Source of the DNA: the human T2T-CHM13v2.0 reference genome, Homo sapiens
Assembly: GCF_009914755.1 (NCBI RefSeq)
Contig: NC_060932.1
Length of the DNA: 64,000 bases
Strand: one strand, 5' to 3'
The translations under genes and the position numbers were made by a program. Positions 1-64,000 of this stretch are shown piece after piece (within the stretch, counting starts at the first letter, position 1; each line of letters opens with the position of its first letter). The notes under the pieces are model-generated. The model worked only from the letters and a program-made list of their open reading frames with translations. It had not been told where the DNA came from and made no database searches.

Positions 1-913
1 AAATTACGAATATGCCTTCTTCTGTCACAGGTTTGTAGGTGTACTTTTACATCGAAAAAATCCATTTCATGTTAGTTCCAAGTTTGTGCATTGAGAACTG
101 GGTAACTTATTTAGTTGTTCCTAGTCACTGAGTCTTTGTTGGGTAACTTTTGTGAACATTAATTTTAGTGGCTCTTTATGCTATTGAGACAGACATTTAT
201 TATGTTTATCATCATTCCTAATGATAGAAATTTAATATTTAATGGTAAATTAAGATAGATTCTTAAAAATATTACCTCTCTGTACATATCAGAAAGAAAA
301 ATGAAAGTCTCTGACAAGAAAACATATTCCCTTTGGACTAGGTCCCAAATTAGGTTAAAAAATAATAAATATACACAGTGTTTCATGTAGCTTTTTATAC
401 AGAGATGATAGTGCTTACTTACTATCAACAGACCTTGATTTTTGAGTTATTTTCCCAGCAGTGGTGATAGATTTGCTTTCGTGATAGATTTGCTTTTTTT
501 TTTCTTTGACACTTTCCTGCCTCTTTTCCTATGGAACCCATAGTAACCATTTATGAAATAACTGATTAGGGTTTGAACTATATTTAGTGGCCAAAGGACA
601 GGATAAATTGATCCAGTGAATATAACATCTACGACTTTGACAGTTAGCAGGCTGATTGAGTAACTCACCTGTGTTATTAGGCAAAAACATATTTTAGCCT
701 TACCAGATAGTAACTGCTGCTTCTACCTCCCTTGCAGTCTTAGAGTCATTTTAGGATTTTCTTTTCCATTCTGTACTGCTCTGCCTTTGAGAGCCAGATA
801 GCCACGTCTTTTCCCTTTCCTGCTATCTTGTATTTCTGACTTGGGAAGATAATTGCCAATGGTTAATGTAAATATAAAGTCTGAAAATAATCGATACACT
901 TTTCTTTTCACAG

Positions 914-60526
<59,613 letters not shown>

Positions 60527-60622
60527 GTAATCATGTCACTTATTTTTTTCTTCATAGTTATTCTCTGATGAAAAGAAGCAAGCTGGCTATGTAAAGCAGT
60601 GAAAACGGTATTTTCCTAATTA

Positions 60623-60919
60623 CAGATGCTCCTTGACTTACAGTGGGGTTATGCCTCTGTAAACTCATGGTAAATAAAAAATATCCTAAGTCAAAAATGA
60701 ATTTAATGCCACTGACATAGCAGATAGTTCTCTACTTACTATGGTTTGACTTAAGATTTTTCGACTTATGATGGCGTGAAAGCGACATCTATTCAATAAA
60801 AGCTGTAACCCATCATGGGTCATACAGAGCTCTCTGACTTATGATGGGTTACTTCCCAATAAACCCATCATAACCTCAAGAAATTGTAAGTTGAACTGTG
60901 GTAAGTTGAGGACCATCCG
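60623..60919. mobile_element. MER47-type (Tigger5-derived) MITE
   Basis: TIRs cagatgctccttgactta / taagttgaggaccatccg, TA on both sides. Confidence 0.82.
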
Positions 60920-61894
60920 TATTGTAAATAATGTGAACAAAATTTTTGTGGACATAACACTCTAAACAAATATGGTTCATTCTTGCGAAAGGTTTTTTTT
61001 AATAGCATATTTATGGTTATATTTGCAAAGATAATCTGTTCATAGAAATCTGAAGAATACGGTGAAGTGTAAGAACAAAATGAATTGTTATTCATTGATC
61101 ATTAGATGACCACTCGGTGGTGCATTTTTTTTTCATATCTTTTTTCTATGAATCTCTTTCATGGTTCCTTGCAGACTCGTGTGCTTTCTGTCTCTCGGTA
61201 TAGATATAGATACATACACACACACATAGCACATATATATGTGTAAATATCAATGTAAAATATAGCCATGTGCCACATAGGATGTTTTGATTAGCAATGG
61301 ACTGCATATACAATGGTGGTCCCATAAGATTATAATGGAGCTGAAAAATTCTTACTGCCTAGTGATGTCACAGCTGTTGTAATGTCCTATTGTAATGAAT
61401 TACTCATGTATTTGTGGTGATGCAGGTGTAAACAAACCTACTGTGCTGCCAGTTGTGTAGAAGAATAGCATATTCAATTATGTACAGTACGTAATACTTG
61501 CTAATGTAAGCAACTGTTACTGGGATGTGTGTTTTATATATATGTAATTTAATATATATAAAAATATATTTTATATATATACATATAATGCCATATACTT
61601 TTAATCACTTAGAGTGTACTCATTCTACTTATTAACTTATTATACTTATATTAACTCATTCTACTTATTAACAAAAAGTTAACTGTAAAACAGCCTCAGG
61701 CAGCCTTTCAAGAAGTGTTCCAGAAGAAAGCATTGTTATCATAGGAGATGACAGCTTCATGCATGTTGTTCCCCTGAATATCTTCCAATGGGTCAAGATG
61801 TGGAGGTGTAAGGCAGTGATATGGGTGAACCTGACATTGTGCAGGCCTAGGCGAATGTGTATGTTCATGTCTTTATTTTTAACAAGAAAGCTTA

Positions 61895-61930
<36 letters not shown>

Positions 61931-61937
61931 AAGTAGA

Positions 61938-62253
<316 letters not shown>

Positions 62254-62258
62254 TTATG

Positions 62259-62610
<352 letters not shown>

Positions 62611-63196
62611 TTAAGCTAAGTGTTATTACAAAAGAGTCAAAAAGTTTTTAAAAAATTAAATGTTTAATTTATTATGGAAAAAAGAAAAATATTTTTTATG
62701 AATTTAGTGTAGCCTAAGTATACATTGTTAATGAAGCCTACAGTAGTGTACAATAATGTCCTAGGCCTTCACATTCACTCACCACTTACTCACTGACTCA
62801 CCCAGAGCAACTTCCATCCTGCAAACTCCATTCATGGCAAATGCCCTATACAAGTGTACCATTTTTAATCTTTCATGCTCTATTTTTAGTTTACCTTTTC
62901 TCTGTTTAATATGTTTAGATTTGTAAATACTTACCATTGTGTTACAATTTCCTGTAGTACAGTAACATGCTACACAGGTGTGTAGCCTGTGATCAATAAG
63001 CTATACCATATAGCCTAGGTATGTAGTAGGCTATTCCATCTAGGTTTGTGTAAGTGCACTCTATGATGTTTACACAATAATGAAATTGCCTAACAATGCA
63101 TTTCTTGGAAAGTATCCCCATTGTTAAACAACACATGAATATATATAAAAACATATGTATAAATAAATACCTTAAATATGTACATATAAATACAAA

Positions 63197-63204
<8 letters not shown>

Positions 63205-63249
<45 letters not shown>
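63205..63249. repeat. (TA)n microsatellite
   Basis: About 22 TA units. Confidence 0.95.
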
Positions 63250-63252
<3 letters not shown>

Positions 63253-64000
63253 TATATGTGCTTTGCCCTTTTAGTGAAATTGAATCATGCTATGTATGCA
63301 CTTTGAGATCCTGGTTTTTTTATTTTTTCATTTTTATTTAATCATGGCAGTAATAACAATAATAATAATAATGAGTATTTGTTGAGTGCTTAACATATGC
63401 CACCTACCTTACAAATACCACTGTATTTCTGCCTAATAGCAGCTCTTTGATTTAGGTACCATTAATATCCTATTTTACATATGAGAAAACTGAGGCTCGA
63501 TCAAGTTAAGTAATTTGCCTGAGGTTCCTCAGTAAATGGTCTTATTGTATGTTGGACTCCAGAGACTGAGATCTTAAGCACTATCATTGGGCCTTAAGTT
63601 TATTTTCAAAAATAGATGGTAATTAAACACTTAAAAGCCTTGAGATTTCTGTATGGAAGCACTAGATTATAGTGGAGTCAGATGAAATGGTTTGAATCAT
63701 AGAACATCTTTGCTTTCTGGCTTTAAATACTATATCTGTCACTGGTTCCTTTACAGTACAAGATATGTTATTCCAAAATGCTTCAGGTTTAAAATTTGGA
63801 ATACCACTGATAGAGTCTAGCAAAATGTTTCTTTCTTTTTAAGTGTTTCTTAATTTTATCTGTGATTTTTATTATTGTATCTTTGGTTGTATAATAAAAG
63901 TAATTGAGAAAAATGTTAATTTTGCTGAGGTGTTTATTGTAGTATTTCTTAGGACATGCCTATATAATGAAATGTTTTCTAATAGTTCAGGAACAGGTAA

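Overview
Primate (human-like) genomic DNA, AT-rich and repeat-dense. Most entries in the ORF track are LINE-1, Alu, Tigger or pseudogene translations, or noise. The real gene is spliced on the + strand: ten GT-AG exons (914-990, 1090-1121, 1298-1427, 20961-21064, 22980-23156, 27938-28150, 41625-41802, 47842-47973, 56042-56241, 60440-60526) join phase-compatibly into a stop-free 1330-nt frame that is open at both window ends. It encodes the end of a PLAT/LH2 domain, two tandem FGF-like beta-trefoil domains, a charged linker and most of a second PLAT domain. This fits my recollection of the long, poorly characterised PLAT-containing isoform of RP1; the symbol is from memory, not a search. The first FGF-like domain keeps the intron signature of true FGF genes (104-nt phase-1/phase-0 middle exon). 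The 19.5-kb third intron holds three unusual retroelement structures: an RPL7L1 processed pseudogene fused to an L1 3' end within one target-site duplication, an inverted L1 pair sharing private variants (including a frameshift) with reciprocally mosaic subfamily markers, and two 5'-inverted L1s nested in an older L1. Other repeats include Alus, Tigger1, Tigger3b, MER47, MER30, MER5, several solo LTRs, L2 and MIR. Repeat subfamily names are recognised by eye and boundaries are approximate.
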